Below, in pieces: positions 63,479-64,000 of a DNA stretch of 64,000 bases (positions are counted from its first letter, which is position 1; each line of letters starts with the position of its first letter). The stretch lies in NCBI RefSeq assembly GCF_006345805.1, contig NC_043013.1:43090001-43154000 (forward strand), read 5' to 3'. Under the pieces are notes generated by a model that did not search any database, was not told where the DNA came from, and saw only the letters and a list, made by a program, of their open reading frames with translations. The DNA is from Octopus sinensis. Taxonomy: Eukaryota. The position numbers and the translations under genes were made by a program.

Positions 63479-63804
63479 GTAAGTAAAAACAGCCCATTGG
63501 ACGGACCTTCTTCGTTTTCTCTGGAATCGAAAACAGCGGGGAGGTCTGAGGGTTTTCAAAAGAAATTTACTTGGTGGTTTGTACGTCACTTGTTTGCTTA
63601 TGAAAAACTCACATATACTCACAATTCGAATCAGTTTAGGTAAAAAACATTTACGAAAGAATGTATGCTACACGTCATGAATATTTACACTTATAGATAA
63701 ATAAAAAGGTGTATACACACAAATAGATGAGGAACGTCCCCATTTTACACACAAGATTACACTATGTTATTTATATGTGTGTGTAGAGCATTTCAGTAGG
63801 TATG

Positions 63805-63847
<43 letters not shown>

Positions 63848-64000
63848 GTGTATATATGTATATAAATGTATATATCGATGTGTATATGGTTAAATTCATA
63901 TCTTTCTATAGCGATGTGCATAACTACATAGGTATGCATGTGTTTTGTGTGAGTGTATACACATGCATATATATATATATATATATGTATATACACACAC

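Overview
AT-rich, intron-rich animal DNA. The SINE, RTE and Penelope repeat content and the gene sequences point to an octopus (coleoid cephalopod); the taxon is an inference. I assembled two spliced + strand genes by hand from splice sites and reading frame. (1) A strongly diverged SAFB/SLTM-like RRM gene (CDS about 7871-31286, about 927 aa in my model). No SAP domain is visible, and the RRM has lost its RNA-stacking aromatics. It contains six tandemly duplicated phase-2/2 exons (one with an in-frame TGA) and ends in a 12x12-aa Y/N/Q/G prion-like tail. (2) A complete 7-exon tektin-4 (35603-51985, 467 aa) with an RFX X-box-like motif upstream. A possible first coding exon of a third gene lies at about 63.4 kb. 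The rest is tRNA-derived SINEs, RTE and R4/Dong LINE ends, mariner/Tc1 relics, piggyBac-, Merlin- and pogo-like MITEs, Penelope-like relics and microsatellites. The most unusual signal is a set of minimal type I hammerhead ribozyme motifs from four sequence-unrelated families. One family is a tRNA-headed (A box/B box) SINE-like unit carrying a hammerhead. It occurs once fused to a Penelope ORF fragment and once as a head-to-head dimer inside a single 12-bp target-site duplication. All calls are by eye; no alignments, folding or database searches were run.
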